The notes beneath the pieces are model-generated. The model was not told the DNA's origin. It worked only from the letters and a program-made list of their open reading frames with translations, and searched no databases. From positions 1-48,708 of the forward strand of contig JAQGKM010000133.1 of the NCBI GenBank assembly GCA_028290125.1: a stretch of 48,708 nucleotides of DNA, in the 5' to 3' direction. The position numbers and the translations under genes were made by a program. Positions 8,878-19,584 of the stretch are shown here, piece by piece. The DNA comes from Hyphomicrobiales bacterium (lineage in GTDB: Bacteria > Pseudomonadota > Alphaproteobacteria > Rhizobiales > Beijerinckiaceae). Position 1 is the stretch's first letter, and each line of letters begins with the position of its first letter.

Positions 8878-9879
8878 ATGGCAGGCGAAACATACGAGGT
8901 CCTCGGCCTCGGCAATGCGATTGTGGATGTGATCGCCCGTGCGGAGGATGACTTTCTACAGCGTCACGGACTCGCCAAGGGCGGCATGACGCTCGTCGAT
9001 GAGCAGGCGGCTCACAGGCTTTACGGCGACATGGGCGCCGCGACCATTATCTCCGGTGGATCTGCGGCGAACACCATCGTGGGCCTTGCGTCGCTCGGAA
9101 TCCGATCGGCTTTCATCGGCAAGGTGAAGGAAGACGACGCCGGGCAATCCTTTGCGCATGACATCCGCCGCAGTGGCGTGCATTTCTCGACGCCGTTCTC
9201 TGTCGAGGGCGCCTCGACAGCCCGCTGCCTGGTTCTCGTGACGCCGGACGGCGAGCGGACGATGAACACTTATCTCGGCGCGTGCCAGAACCTTGGTCCC
9301 GACGACGTCGATGAGACGCTCGTGCGTGCATCATCGATCCTGTATCTCGAAGGCTATCTTTGGGATCCGCCAGCCGCCAAGCAGGCGTTCTTGAAAGCTG
9401 CCGATATCGCGCACGATGCAGGACGTCAGGTCGCCTTGACGCTGTCCGACTCCTTTTGCGTCGACCGGTACCGCGACGAGTTCCTGCATCTCATGCGCAC
9501 GCGCACGGTCGACATCGTTTTCGCCAATGAGCACGAGCTGAAGTCGCTGTATCAGACCGCCGATTTCGACACGGCGCTCGCGGCCCTGCGCGACGAAGAA
9601 TTGCTCGGCGTCGTGACCCGCTCGGCCGAAGGATGCATGATCGTGACTCACGATCAGACCCTGGCGGTCGCGGCGTCTCCGATCGAGAAGCTCGTCGACA
9701 CGACTGGCGCCGGCGATCTTTTCGCTGCGGGGTTTCTGGCGGGTCTGGTGCGCGGGTGCGACCTGCGCGACGCCGGACGGTTGGGCGGCATCGCAGCCGC
9801 CGAAGTCATCCAGCATTATGGCGCGCGGCCCGAGACCGATCTCGCCGCGCTCGCGGCGGAAAGCGGCATCACGCTCTGA
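8878..9879 (+). CDS. PfkB-family kinase, probably adenosine kinase
   Basis: GNAIVD, GGSAANT, DGERTMNTYLGA, YLEGYLWD, VDTTGAGDLFAAGF. Start set to ATG 8878. Confidence 0.88.
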   Translation: MAGETYEVLGLGNAIVDVIARAEDDFLQRHGLAKGGMTLVDEQAAHRLYGDMGAATIISGGSAANTIVGLASLGIRSAFIGKVKEDDAGQSFAHDIRRSGVHFSTPFSVEGASTARCLVLVTPDGERTMNTYLGACQNLGPDDVDETLVRASSILYLEGYLWDPPAAKQAFLKAADIAHDAGRQVALTLSDSFCVDRYRDEFLHLMRTRTVDIVFANEHELKSLYQTADFDTALAALRDEELLGVVTRSAEGCMIVTHDQTLAVAASPIEKLVDTTGAGDLFAAGFLAGLVRGCDLRDAGRLGGIAAAEVIQHYGARPETDLAALAAESGITL

Positions 9880-9882
9880 CCT

Positions 9883-10851
9883 TCAAAGCTTGCGAAGGGC
9901 GACCTGCTCGATCTTGTGGTCATCGCCCTTCGTCAGCACGAGGCTTGCGCGCGCGCGGGTCGGCAGGATGTTCTCGTCTAGATTTCGAAGATTGATCCGC
10001 CGCCAGATGTCGAGCGCGACCTTCTCGGCGTCTTCGTCGCCCAACGTGGCGTATTTCTGAAAATAGGAGCGCGGGTCCCGGAACGCCGTGCCACGCAGGC
10101 GCATGAAGCGCGAGACGTACCAGCGTTCGAGATCCTGCATGTCGGCATCCAGGTAAATCGAGAAGTCGAAAAAGTCCGACACGAAGGGAATGTCCTTGCC
10201 CGGCCTATTCGGCAAAAGCACGTTCAACCCTTCGACGATCAGAATGTCTGGCTTGTCGACGACAATCGATTCGCCCGGGACCACGTCGTAGACGAGATGC
10301 GAGTAAACCGGAGCGGGCACGTTCCGCTTTCCAGCCTTGATGTCGGACAGAAACCGCAGCAGCGCCGTGCCGTCGTAGCTCTCCGGAAATCCCTTCTTGT
10401 CCATCAGGTTTTCGCGCTGAAGGACGGCGTTCGGGTGAAGGAAGCCGTCGGTGGTGATCAACTCCACCTTGGGGGTGTTCGGCCACCGCGATAGCAGGGC
10501 TTTCAATACGCGCGCCGTGGTCGACTTGCCGACCGCGACCGATCCGGCGATGCCGATGATGTAGGGCATCTTGCCGTCTTCGGCGCCTAGGAAACGCTGG
10601 GTCGCCTTGAACAGCCCCTGGGTTGCGGCGACGTAGAGCGCGAGCAGCCGTGACAGCGGCAGGTAGATCGCGATGACCTCCTCGACCGAGATCGGGTCAT
10701 TCATGGACTGCAGCTTTTCGAGATCGTCGATCGTCAGCGTCAGGGGCGTGTCGGCGCGCAAGGCAGCCCATTCCGCCCTGCTGAAATGGCGGTAAGGGGA
10801 CAACGCGTCCGGCGGCGACGATGGCAGGCTCGGTGTGTGGCTCATATCCAT
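9883..10851 (-). CDS. coaA: Type I pantothenate kinase
   Basis: [43 protein letters not shown]. Confidence 0.97.
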   Translation of the reverse strand: MDMSHTPSLPSSPPDALSPYRHFSRAEWAALRADTPLTLTIDDLEKLQSMNDPISVEEVIAIYLPLSRLLALYVAATQGLFKATQRFLGAEDGKMPYIIGIAGSVAVGKSTTARVLKALLSRWPNTPKVELITTDGFLHPNAVLQRENLMDKKGFPESYDGTALLRFLSDIKAGKRNVPAPVYSHLVYDVVPGESIVVDKPDILIVEGLNVLLPNRPGKDIPFVSDFFDFSIYLDADMQDLERWYVSRFMRLRGTAFRDPRSYFQKYATLGDEDAEKVALDIWRRINLRNLDENILPTRARASLVLTKGDDHKIEQVALRKL

Positions 10852-10871
10852 GTCCCCGCCGTTCGAAGGGA

Positions 10872-11204
10872 TCAGCCCCGTGCGGCTTTTTCGTCATGCC
10901 CGGACATGCCGGTGCGGCGTTGAAGTTCGCCCAGAACCTTCTCTAGCGGAACGTTCGACGCCTGAAGAGCTACCAATAAGTGATAGATGACGTCTGCGGC
11001 TTCGGCCGTGATCGCGGCGTCATCGGCCTGCGTCGTGGCAATCACGAACTCGACGGCTTCTTCGCCGAACTTTTTCGCGCAATGAACGGCGCCCTTGTCG
11101 AGAAGCGTTTTCGTGTAGGACGTTTGCGCCGAACCAGCGACGCGGCTCTGGATGATCGCGACGAGGTCGTCGATGGTGAACGGCCGTGCAGTCGGTTGTC
11201 CCAT
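10872..11204 (-). CDS. hisE: Phosphoribosyl-ATP pyrophosphatase
   Basis: [27 protein letters not shown]. Confidence 0.95.
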   Translation of the reverse strand: MGQPTARPFTIDDLVAIIQSRVAGSAQTSYTKTLLDKGAVHCAKKFGEEAVEFVIATTQADDAAITAEAADVIYHLLVALQASNVPLEKVLGELQRRTGMSGHDEKAARG

Positions 11205-11221
11205 GATCGTCTCTTTCCCGG

Positions 11222-11983
11222 TCAGTCCATGCGGACGTGAAGTCCCGCCCGCTGCATGTGTTCTTTCGCAGCGCGGATCGTGAATTCTCCGAAGTGGAAA
11301 ATGGAGGCTGCGAGTACGGCGGTCGCATGGCCGTCACGTACACCCTCGACAAGATGGTCAAGGCTCCCGACCCCACCCGATGCGATCAGCGGCACGGAGA
11401 CGGCGTCGGCGATCGAGCGTGTCAGGTCGATGTCGAAACCGACACGGGTGCCGTCGCGATCCATCGACGTCAGCAGGATTTCGCCGGCCCCAAGCGCCGT
11501 GACCTCTTTCGCATATTCGACAGCGTCTATGCCCGTTGGCTTGCGTCCGCCATGGGTGAAAATCTCCCAGCGGCCGGGCGCAACATTCTTGGCGTCGATC
11601 GCCACGACGACACACTGGCTTCCGAATTTTTCGGCGGCTTCACGGACGAAGTCACGATTGTGAACCGCCGCGGTCATGATCGACACCTTGTCGGCGCCGG
11701 CGAGAAGCAGATTGCGAATGTCGTCGGTCGAGCGCACGCCGCCGCCGACGGTCAACGGCATGAAGCAGGCTTCCGCCGTACGCCGGACGACGTCGAGAAT
11801 GGTGCCCCGGTTTTCGTGGCTGGCGGTAATGTCGAGAAAACACAATTCATCCGCGCCCGCAGCGTCATACGCAATGGCGCTTTCGACAGGATCGCCCGCG
11901 TCCTTCAGGTCGACGAAGTTGACGCCCTTCACGACGCGGCCGTCCTTGACGTCGAGACAGGGAATGACGCGGCACTTAAGCAA
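11222..11983 (-). CDS. hisF: Imidazole glycerol phosphate synthase cyclase subunit
   Basis: [41 protein letters not shown]. Confidence 0.98.
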   Translation of the reverse strand: MLKCRVIPCLDVKDGRVVKGVNFVDLKDAGDPVESAIAYDAAGADELCFLDITASHENRGTILDVVRRTAEACFMPLTVGGGVRSTDDIRNLLLAGADKVSIMTAAVHNRDFVREAAEKFGSQCVVVAIDAKNVAPGRWEIFTHGGRKPTGIDAVEYAKEVTALGAGEILLTSMDRDGTRVGFDIDLTRSIADAVSVPLIASGGVGSLDHLVEGVRDGHATAVLAASIFHFGEFTIRAAKEHMQRAGLHVRMD

Positions 11984-12722
11984 GCGACGCCTCCCGCGCG
12001 GCGCGGATCAACGCCAGCGCCGCGGACGGATCGAGGCGCCCGTCGTAGAGCGCGCGCCCCGTTATGGCGCCGGCGAGCTTCACGCAATCAGGCTGCAGCA
12101 GGCGTTCGACGTCGGCGAGCGATGCAAGTCCACCCGACGCGATCACCGGAATGGCGATGGCGTCCGCAAGCGCCAGCGTCGCCTCGATATTGAGGCCCTT
12201 CAGGACACCGTCGCGTGAAATGTCGGTGTAGATGATGGCCGCCACGCCCGCGTCCTCGAATCTGCGACCTAGCTCCGGCGCAGTGACCTGGGAAACTTTC
12301 GCCCATCCATCGACGGCGACGAGGCCGTCGCGCGCGTCGATGCCGACCGCGATCTTGCCGGGATGCCTCCGGGCCGCCTCGCGCACGAGGTCAGGATCGC
12401 GAACGGCGGCGGTTCCGATGATGACCCTGCTGACGCCCTTGGCGAGCCAGCCTTCGATCGTGCGCATATCGCGAATGCCGCCGCCGAGCTGTACGGGCAT
12501 GCGGACAGTGTTCAAGATCCCTTCCACCGCCTTGGCGTTGCGCGGCTCGCCCGCGAAGGCACCGTCGAGATCGACGACGTGCAGGTACTCGAAGCCCTGT
12601 TCTTCGAACCTTTTTCCTTGCGCGGAAGGATCTGTGTTGAAGACGGTCGCCTGATCCATGTCGCCGTGGATCAGCCTGACGCATTCGCCTTGCTTGAGGT
12701 CGATGGCGGGATAGAGGATCAA
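11976..12722 (-). CDS. hisA: ProFAR isomerase HisA
   Basis: [34 protein letters not shown]. Start set to TTG 12722, overlapping the hisH stop (TTGA). Confidence 0.96.
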   Translation of the reverse strand: MILYPAIDLKQGECVRLIHGDMDQATVFNTDPSAQGKRFEEQGFEYLHVVDLDGAFAGEPRNAKAVEGILNTVRMPVQLGGGIRDMRTIEGWLAKGVSRVIIGTAAVRDPDLVREAARRHPGKIAVGIDARDGLVAVDGWAKVSQVTAPELGRRFEDAGVAAIIYTDISRDGVLKGLNIEATLALADAIAIPVIASGGLASLADVERLLQPDCVKLAGAITGRALYDGRLDPSAALALIRAAREASLA

Positions 12723-13363
12723 GGTGTCCACCTCAGGAAATTGGCGATGAGAGCGAGCCCAAGCTTCTGGCTCTTTTCAGGATGAAACTGCGTGCCGGCG
12801 ATGTTGTCGCGCGCCACCATGGCGGTGAGTTCGGCACCGTAGTCGGTCGTCGCGACGACCAGTGATTGGTCAGCCGCCTTCAGGTGATAGGAGTGCACGA
12901 AATAGGCATGTAGCCCCGTGTCGCCCGTGGGAATGCCTCGCAGAAGCGCATGCTCCTGATGCGGCGCGAGCGTATTCCAGCCCATGTGGGGCACTTTCAG
13001 CTCCGGCGACTGGGGCTCGATTGCAACGACCTCGCCGGGAATCCAGCCGAGCCCGGACGCGACGCCGTGCTCGAGTCCGCGTGACGCAAGCAATTGCATG
13101 CCGACACAGATGCCAAGAAAAGGGCGGCCGCGCCGGACCACGTTTTCCTCGAGCGCCTCTACCATGCCGGGCACGCTGTCGAGCCCATGACGGCAATCGG
13201 CGAAAGCCCCGACGCCCGGCAGCACCACACGGTCCGCGCGGCGCACGACCTCGGCGTCGGAGCTGACTTCCACGCGCATGCCGGCGTCCGCAGCGGCCTT
13301 TTCGAATGCCTTGTAGGCGGAGTGCAGGTTGCCGGACCCGTAATCGACGATCACAACGCTCAT
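12719..13363 (-). CDS. hisH: Imidazole glycerol phosphate synthase glutaminase subunit
   Basis: [36 protein letters not shown]. Confidence 0.97.
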   Translation of the reverse strand: MSVVIVDYGSGNLHSAYKAFEKAAADAGMRVEVSSDAEVVRRADRVVLPGVGAFADCRHGLDSVPGMVEALEENVVRRGRPFLGICVGMQLLASRGLEHGVASGLGWIPGEVVAIEPQSPELKVPHMGWNTLAPHQEHALLRGIPTGDTGLHAYFVHSYHLKAADQSLVVATTDYGAELTAMVARDNIAGTQFHPEKSQKLGLALIANFLRWTP

Positions 13364-13366
13364 CGA

Positions 13367-13831
13367 TCAGGCTCCCGCCGACGGAAAGAGGCCGACCATC
13401 TCGGCGGAGCGAGAGCGCGCCGCGATAGACGGCTCAGGAGTCGCAACGCGATCATGCCCGCCAAGGCTCGCAAAAAACGCACGCTCGGCATCTCCCATGC
13501 GGCGGCCCTGCACGACGGTCACGGTCCGGAACCGTCGGCGCGTCAACGCCGCTCGCCGCAAGGGGGCGGCTTCGAAGGCTAGCGCCAGATGCATCAGGGC
13601 AAGCAGCCCGGCCAGCGCGGAATGCGCCGGCTCGGCGAGGACGATCCAGACGAGGAGGGCGCCTTCGGCCAACAGCCAAACGAGCAGCGCCAGCCAGAGC
13701 CGGTTCCAGAGCAGCCAGAGCGGTCCGAAGACCAGAGCCGCCCACGAGAATCCTTCACGCACGAAAACCGTCCGCTCAAGCGAGGCCAGATCGTCCGGCG
13801 AGCCTTTCAGGTGAACCGTGTAGACGTTCAT
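13367..13831 (-). CDS. DUF2628-type membrane protein
   Basis: FVREGFSWAALVFGPLWLLWNRLW motif with TM segments; usual position between hisB and hisH. Start set to ATG 13831. Confidence 0.8.
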   Translation of the reverse strand: MNVYTVHLKGSPDDLASLERTVFVREGFSWAALVFGPLWLLWNRLWLALLVWLLAEGALLVWIVLAEPAHSALAGLLALMHLALAFEAAPLRRAALTRRRFRTVTVVQGRRMGDAERAFFASLGGHDRVATPEPSIAARSRSAEMVGLFPSAGA

Positions 13832-13841
13832 CGACAGTGTT

Positions 13842-14435
13842 TCAGCCAGCGAGGCTGCCCTTGGTGGAGGGGACTCGGTCCTTTTGCCGGGGATCGATCG
13901 AAATAGCGGACCCGAGAGCCCGCGCCAGCCCCTTGAAACAGGACTCGGCGATGTGGTGGTCGTTGACTCCATATAGGGTCTCGACATGCAGGGTGACGCC
14001 CGCATTCATCGCGAAAGCCTGAAAAAATTCGCGCACCAGATCGGTGTCGAACTCGCCGACCTTGTCGTGATGGAATTCCGTGCGGAATACGAGGAATGGC
14101 CGGCCCGAGATATCGATCGCGACGCGCGTCAGCGTCTCGTCCATCGGAAGCAGCACGTCCGCATAGCGCGTGATGCCGCGCATGTCGCCGAGCGCCTGGC
14201 GAAATGCCTGGCCGAGCACGATGCCGGTGTCCTCGACGGTGTGGTGCTGGTCGATGTGCAGATCGCCCTTGGCCTGAACGTCGAGATCGATGAGGCTGTG
14301 GCGGGCGATCTGATCCAGCATGTGGTCGAAGAAACCCACGCCGGTGCTGATCCTGGCTTGCCCGCTCCCGTCGAGGGTGACGGTCGCCGAAATCTCGGTT
14401 TCGCGCGTCTGGCGCGAAAGTGTGGCGGTGCGCAT
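13842..14435 (-). CDS. hisB: Imidazoleglycerol-phosphate dehydratase
   Basis: [40 protein letters not shown]. Confidence 0.97.
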   Translation of the reverse strand: MRTATLSRQTRETEISATVTLDGSGQARISTGVGFFDHMLDQIARHSLIDLDVQAKGDLHIDQHHTVEDTGIVLGQAFRQALGDMRGITRYADVLLPMDETLTRVAIDISGRPFLVFRTEFHHDKVGEFDTDLVREFFQAFAMNAGVTLHVETLYGVNDHHIAESCFKGLARALGSAISIDPRQKDRVPSTKGSLAG

Positions 14436-14512
14436 TGTGCGGTTCCTAAAATATGTCAGCGGCTTCTAGCAAGCCGGATGCCGTATGGCTACCTCGGTCC
14501 ACCGGGACCACC

Positions 14513-14539
14513 CTTGTCATCGGCAGACTCGACCCATAG
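14513..14539 (+). promoter_or_regulatory. Putative RpoH (sigma32) promoter of hslVU
   Basis: CTTGTC-N14-CCCATAG, ending about 30 nt before the hslV start; hslVU is a classical heat-shock operon. Confidence 0.55.
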
Positions 14540-14570
14540 ATGCGGCTCTTCACCTTGTCCGGAGAGTGTC

Positions 14571-15146
14571 ATGTCCGATCCTGCAACGTCACCCTCTGCG
14601 GGATGGCATGCGACAACGATCCTGATGGTCCAGAAGGACGGACGCACCGTGATCGGCGGCGACGGCCAGGTCAGCTTGGGCCAGACTGTCATCAAGGGCA
14701 ACGCCCGCAAGGTACGACGAATTGGTAAAGGCGACGTGATCGCCGGCTTTGCCGGAGCCACGGCGGATGCGTTCGCCCTGTTCGAGCGGCTCGAGGGCAA
14801 GCTCGATCAATATCCCGGACAATTGCTGCGCGCCTGCGTCGAACTCGCGAAGGACTGGCGGACGGATCGTTATCTGCGTCGGCTGGAAGCCATGATGCTG
14901 GTGGCTGATTCGCGCGTCGGGCTGGTGCTGACCGGTACTGGTGACGTGCTCGAGCCAGAACAAACCGGACATGGTGCGGTTATGGCGATCGGCTCGGGGG
15001 GCAATTACGCGCTGGCCGCCGCGCGTGCGCTTCTCCCCACCGACCAAGACGCCGAAAGCATCGTCCGTTCGGCGATGCAGATCGCCGCAGACATCTGCGT
15101 CTACACGAACTCCAACCTCGTCATCGAGTCCATCGAGACGCGCTGA
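14571..15146 (+). CDS. hslV: ATP-dependent protease peptidase subunit HslV
   Basis: [47 protein letters not shown]; GGAG SD before ATG 14571. Confidence 0.96.
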   Translation: MSDPATSPSAGWHATTILMVQKDGRTVIGGDGQVSLGQTVIKGNARKVRRIGKGDVIAGFAGATADAFALFERLEGKLDQYPGQLLRACVELAKDWRTDRYLRRLEAMMLVADSRVGLVLTGTGDVLEPEQTGHGAVMAIGSGGNYALAAARALLPTDQDAESIVRSAMQIAADICVYTNSNLVIESIETR

Positions 15147-15185
15147 AGAGCCAAGGCCCGTGATCTTGCAGGAACAGGACCAGCG

Positions 15186-16493
15186 ATGACGAATTTCTCA
15201 CCCCGCGAGATCGTGTCCGAGCTCGATCGCTTCATTGTCGGACAGAATGACGCCAAGCGCGCCGTGGCGGTTGCGCTGCGGAACCGTTGGCGCCGCCTTC
15301 AGCTCACGGGGCCGATGCGCGAGGAGGTCCTTCCCAAGAACATCCTCATGATCGGGCCGACAGGTTGTGGCAAGACCGAGATCGCGCGTCGCCTTGCCAA
15401 ACTTGCCGGCGCGCCGTTCCTGAAAATTGAAGCGACCAAATTTACGGAGGTCGGCTACGTTGGCCGCGACGTCGAGCAGATCATCCGCGATCTGCTGGAA
15501 ATCGGCATAGCTCTCGTCAAGGAAACCAAGCGCAAAGCCGTGCTCGCCAAAGCGCAGGCGGCAGCTGAGGAAAGGGTGCTCGACGCGCTGGTCGGAAAGA
15601 CGTCGTCGGCGGCGACCCGCGAATCCTTCCGCCGGAAACTTCATGCAGGCGAGCTTGACGAAAAGGAAGTCGACATCGAAGTGTCGCAGGGTGCGTCTCC
15701 CATGCCGATGTTCGAATTGCCGAACATGCCTGGATCGTCCGTCGGGGCGATTTCCATCGGAGACATTTTCGGAAAGGCGATGGGCGGGAAGACACGGACG
15801 CTGCGGACGGTCGTCAAAGACGCTTATGAACCGCTGATTTCTGAAGAGAGCGAAAAGCTGCTGGATCAGGATCAGGTGATTCAGGAAGCGATCAGGGAAG
15901 TCGAAAACAACGGCATCGTCTTCCTCGATGAGATCGACAAGATCTGCGCACGCGAACATCGCGGCGGCGCCGACGTGTCACGAGAAGGGGTGCAGCGGGA
16001 TCTGCTTCCGTTGATCGAAGGCACCACCGTGACGACGAAACACGGCGCCGTCAAAACGGACCACATCCTGTTCATAGCGTCCGGCGCATTTCACGTCTCG
16101 AAGCCGTCGGACCTTTTGCCCGAATTGCAAGGCAGGTTGCCGATCCGGGTCGAGCTGCGGCCTTTGTCAGAAGATGATTTCAGGCGCATTCTGACCGAGA
16201 CGGAAGCGAGTCTCATCAAGCAATATACAGCCTTGCTCCAGACCGAGGACGTGACGCTCAAATTCTCGGCGGATGCCATCGACGCGCTTGCGCGCATTAC
16301 CGTTCAGGTCAATTCGACGGTCGAGAACATTGGCGCGCGCCGCTTGCAAACGATCATGGAAAAACTGCTGGAAGACATCAGTTTTTCAGCTCCCGACCGT
16401 GCCGGGCAGGAGTTCGTGATCGATGGAGCTTTTGTCGAGCGGCAGATCGCGGATCTGGCGCGCAACGCTGACCTGAGCCGGTTCGTCCTCTGA
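15186..16493 (+). CDS. hslU: ATP-dependent protease ATPase subunit HslU
   Basis: [52 protein letters not shown]. Confidence 0.98.
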   Translation: MTNFSPREIVSELDRFIVGQNDAKRAVAVALRNRWRRLQLTGPMREEVLPKNILMIGPTGCGKTEIARRLAKLAGAPFLKIEATKFTEVGYVGRDVEQIIRDLLEIGIALVKETKRKAVLAKAQAAAEERVLDALVGKTSSAATRESFRRKLHAGELDEKEVDIEVSQGASPMPMFELPNMPGSSVGAISIGDIFGKAMGGKTRTLRTVVKDAYEPLISEESEKLLDQDQVIQEAIREVENNGIVFLDEIDKICAREHRGGADVSREGVQRDLLPLIEGTTVTTKHGAVKTDHILFIASGAFHVSKPSDLLPELQGRLPIRVELRPLSEDDFRRILTETEASLIKQYTALLQTEDVTLKFSADAIDALARITVQVNSTVENIGARRLQTIMEKLLEDISFSAPDRAGQEFVIDGAFVERQIADLARNADLSRFVL

Positions 16494-16586
16494 ATTCGCC
16501 CAAAAAGGCATCGGGGTCGCGGATCACTTGCCAGACTGTCCGGGCATTTGCGATAAGGCTCGCCTGCTGATCGGAGCCGTATCGCA

Positions 16587-17621
16587 ATGCAATCCTTCCC
16601 CCAGCTCGTGTTCTCGGGTGTCCAGCCGACGGGCAATCTGCATCTCGGCAATTACCTCGGGGCGATCACGAAGTTCGTGGCGCTGCAGGAAACGCACGAA
16701 TGCATCTACTGCGTCGTCGACCTGCATGCGATCACGGTCGCCCAGAAGCCGGCGGAACTGACGTCCAACATTCGCGAGGTCACAGCCGCTTTCATAGCCG
16801 CTGGAATCGACCCGAAGAAGCATGTCGTTTTCAACCAGAGCCAGGTTGCGGAACATGCCGAGCTGGCGTGGATCTTCAATTGCGTCGCCCGCATGGGCTG
16901 GCTCAACCGCATGACGCAATTCAAGGAGAAGGCCGGCAAGGATCGCGAGAACGCTTCGGTTGGCCTCTACGCCTATCCGACGTTGATGGCTGCGGACATT
17001 CTGCTGTATCGCGCGACGCACGTGCCTGTTGGCGAAGACCAGAAGCAGCATCTCGAACTGGCGCGCGACATCGCCCAGAAATTCAACAATGACTTCCTGG
17101 CCGACAATCCTGAGTTCGCGGACGGGAAGACATTTTTCCCGCTTCCCGAGCCCCTGATCCAGGGACCCGCGACGCGCGTGATGAGTTTGCGGGACGGCTC
17201 GAAGAAAATGTCGAAATCCGACCCGTCCGACAATTCACGCATCAATCTGGCTGACGATGCGGACACGATCGCGCAGAAAATCCGCAAGGCAAAAACCGAT
17301 CCGGACGCTTTGCCGTCCGCCATCGAAGGGCTGGCCGGCCGGCCTGAGGCGGACAACCTCGTGGGCATCTACGCAGCGCTGACGGGTGGAACAAAGGCTG
17401 ACGTGCTGGCTCAGTTTGGCAGCGGCAACTTCTCGACCTTCAAGTCGGCGCTGGTCGACCTCACAGTCGAGAAGCTTGCGCCTATCGGCGTCGAGATGCG
17501 CCGACTGCAAGCCGACCATGCCTATATAGACGGCGTTCTGCGGGACGGGGCGAACCGGGCGCGCGAGCGCGCCGCAGCCACCATGATGCAGGTCCGCGAC
17601 ATCGTTGGTTTCATTCGCTGA
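16587..17621 (+). CDS. trpS: Tryptophanyl-tRNA synthetase
   Basis: [40 protein letters not shown]. Confidence 0.98.
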   Translation: MQSFPQLVFSGVQPTGNLHLGNYLGAITKFVALQETHECIYCVVDLHAITVAQKPAELTSNIREVTAAFIAAGIDPKKHVVFNQSQVAEHAELAWIFNCVARMGWLNRMTQFKEKAGKDRENASVGLYAYPTLMAADILLYRATHVPVGEDQKQHLELARDIAQKFNNDFLADNPEFADGKTFFPLPEPLIQGPATRVMSLRDGSKKMSKSDPSDNSRINLADDADTIAQKIRKAKTDPDALPSAIEGLAGRPEADNLVGIYAALTGGTKADVLAQFGSGNFSTFKSALVDLTVEKLAPIGVEMRRLQADHAYIDGVLRDGANRARERAAATMMQVRDIVGFIR

Positions 17622-17724
17622 AACGGGCGGCGTCGAAACGCGCCATTGATCTTCGGGGGGGCAAGCCCTTATCTGGTTGAAGTGATCCGACGCCGGCCTT
17701 GAACCGGACGCCTTGGAGAAGACC

Positions 17725-18288
17725 ATGTTCATCCAGACTGAAGCTACGCCGAACCCTTCAACCCTGAAATTCCTGCCGGGCCGCACGGTTTTGCCGTCCG
17801 GCACGCTCGACATGCCCGATCCGGCCAGCGCGGCGAATTCGCCCCTGGCGCGCGCTCTGTTCGCGATTCCGGGCGTCTCGGCCGTCTTCTTCGGGTCGGA
17901 CTTCGTGTCCGTCAGCAAGGGCGATGTCGAATGGCAGCACCTCAAGCCCGCGATCCTCGGCGCCATCATGGAGCATTACGTCTCCGGCCTGCCGCTACTC
18001 GAGGAAGGCGCCAGCTCCGACGGTGACGACGAGAGCGGCGAGTTCTTCTCAGCCGACGACGCCGAGACGGTCGCGACAATCAAGGAATTGCTGGAGACGC
18101 GGATCCGCCCGGCCGTGGCGGGCGACGGCGGCGATATCGTTTTCCGCGGTTTCCGCGACGGCGTCGTGTATCTCGCGATGAAGGGCGCCTGCTCGGGCTG
18201 CCCCTCCTCGACGGCGACGCTGAAAAGTGGCATTCAGAATCTCCTCAAGCACTTCCTGCCTGACGTTCAGGCTGTCGAACAGGTCTGA
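17725..18288 (+). CDS. nfuA: NfuA/NifU-family Fe-S carrier protein
   Basis: MFIQTEATPNP N-terminus, IRPAVAGDGGD, GACSGCPSS (CxxC). Confidence 0.92.
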   Translation: MFIQTEATPNPSTLKFLPGRTVLPSGTLDMPDPASAANSPLARALFAIPGVSAVFFGSDFVSVSKGDVEWQHLKPAILGAIMEHYVSGLPLLEEGASSDGDDESGEFFSADDAETVATIKELLETRIRPAVAGDGGDIVFRGFRDGVVYLAMKGACSGCPSSTATLKSGIQNLLKHFLPDVQAVEQV

Positions 18289-18308
18289 ACAATGAGCGGC
18301 GGCGGTTC

Positions 18309-18992
18309 ATGACGGTTCTTGCCATCGACACGGCGCATGCAGCCGTCTCGGCGTGCCTCATGGATCGGCAGGCCAACGTGCTTGCGCGCGATACCCAGCC
18401 GATGGCTCGCGGGCATGCCGAATCGTTGCTGCCGCTCATCCAGCGTCTGCTCGAGACCGCGAATGTCTCCTTTGCACAGTTGAGCCGGGTCGCGGTCGTC
18501 GTCGGGCCTGGTTCATTCACGGGGATCCGCATCGGCATCTCCGCCGCGCGCGGGATAGGGCTCGCCTGCGGTGTGCCAGTCGTGGGCATTTCGTCTCTGT
18601 CGGCTCTCGCAGCGCCGCTGATCGGTTCGGAAAGCGGCGCGGTCGTGGCGGCGGCGATCGACGCCAAACACGGGCAGGTCTACGTCCAGGGTTTTTCCGC
18701 GCGCGGACAAGCCATCCTGGCGCCGCGCATCGCCAAGATCCGCGACGCGGTCCGGGCGCTGGGCGCCGGGCAGTTGCGACTGGTCGGCTCGGGCGCCGCC
18801 ATGATGGCGATCGAAGCCTGGTCGATGGGCATGGAGGCGGACGTCGCAAGCGACGCGAGCTCGCCCGATATCGCCTTCGTTGCGCGCCTTGGTCTCCTTG
18901 CCGATCCGGAGCAGGCCCCCGCCCGGCCGTTTTACCTCAAGGCCCCGGACGCCAAACCTCACTTTGGCGGCCTGATCGCAAGGACGAGCTGA
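18309..18992 (+). CDS. tsaB: tRNA threonylcarbamoyladenosine biosynthesis protein TsaB
   Basis: LAIDT, GHAESL, GPGSFTGIRIG, IDAKHGQVY. Confidence 0.93.
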   Translation: MTVLAIDTAHAAVSACLMDRQANVLARDTQPMARGHAESLLPLIQRLLETANVSFAQLSRVAVVVGPGSFTGIRIGISAARGIGLACGVPVVGISSLSALAAPLIGSESGAVVAAAIDAKHGQVYVQGFSARGQAILAPRIAKIRDAVRALGAGQLRLVGSGAAMMAIEAWSMGMEADVASDASSPDIAFVARLGLLADPEQAPARPFYLKAPDAKPHFGGLIARTS

Positions 18993-18995
18993 ACC

Positions 18996-19481
18996 GTGCG
19001 CCTGCCTTTTTTCGGCAGCAGCCGCAATCCGGTGTGCCGACCCATGATGCCGGAATGGTGCCGCTCGGCCGCCGTCATTCACAAGAGCTTCTTTGAACGC
19101 CCTTGGAGCGCCGCCGAGATCGAGGGAATGCTTCGACAATCGGACACCGTGGCCGACGTCGCCACGGATGGGGCGGGACGCGCACTGGTCGGATTTGCAA
19201 TTTCGCGCGTTCTCGCCCCAGAGGCGGAGCTTTTGACCATTGCTGTGGGGCGCTCCAGCCAGGGCGCTGGCGTCGGCAGGATGCTTCTGTCAGCGCATTT
19301 GGCGCGGGTTTCGGCCCACGGCGCCGGTCATGTCTTCCTGGAAGTGGACGAGGGCAACGCCTCAGCCCTGCGGCTCTATCGGTCATTCGGCTTCCAGCAG
19401 GTTGGCCTTCGTCCGGGCTATTACCCCAGGAAGGACGGGTCAAAGGCGACCGCTCTCGTCCTGCGAGTGGACCTTCACTGA
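18996..19481 (+). CDS. rimI: RimI-like GNAT acetyltransferase
   Basis: EAELLTIAV, QGAGVGR, FLEVDEGNASALRLY, GLRPGYY; follows tsaB. Confidence 0.85.
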   Translation: MRLPFFGSSRNPVCRPMMPEWCRSAAVIHKSFFERPWSAAEIEGMLRQSDTVADVATDGAGRALVGFAISRVLAPEAELLTIAVGRSSQGAGVGRMLLSAHLARVSAHGAGHVFLEVDEGNASALRLYRSFGFQQVGLRPGYYPRKDGSKATALVLRVDLH

Positions 19482-19584
19482 AGAGTTTTATTTTCAAAAC
19501 CCGGGAGGGGCACTAGAAGCTGCCAGAACTTCGCCTATCCTGTCGGGAGCGGTCGAAGCATGATCCGAGGCGAGGTGGACCCGC

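Noticed and set aside
13986-14570. Apparent 386-aa HslV fusion
   Set aside because: The upstream part is antisense to hisB; the real start is ATG 14571 with a GGAG SD.
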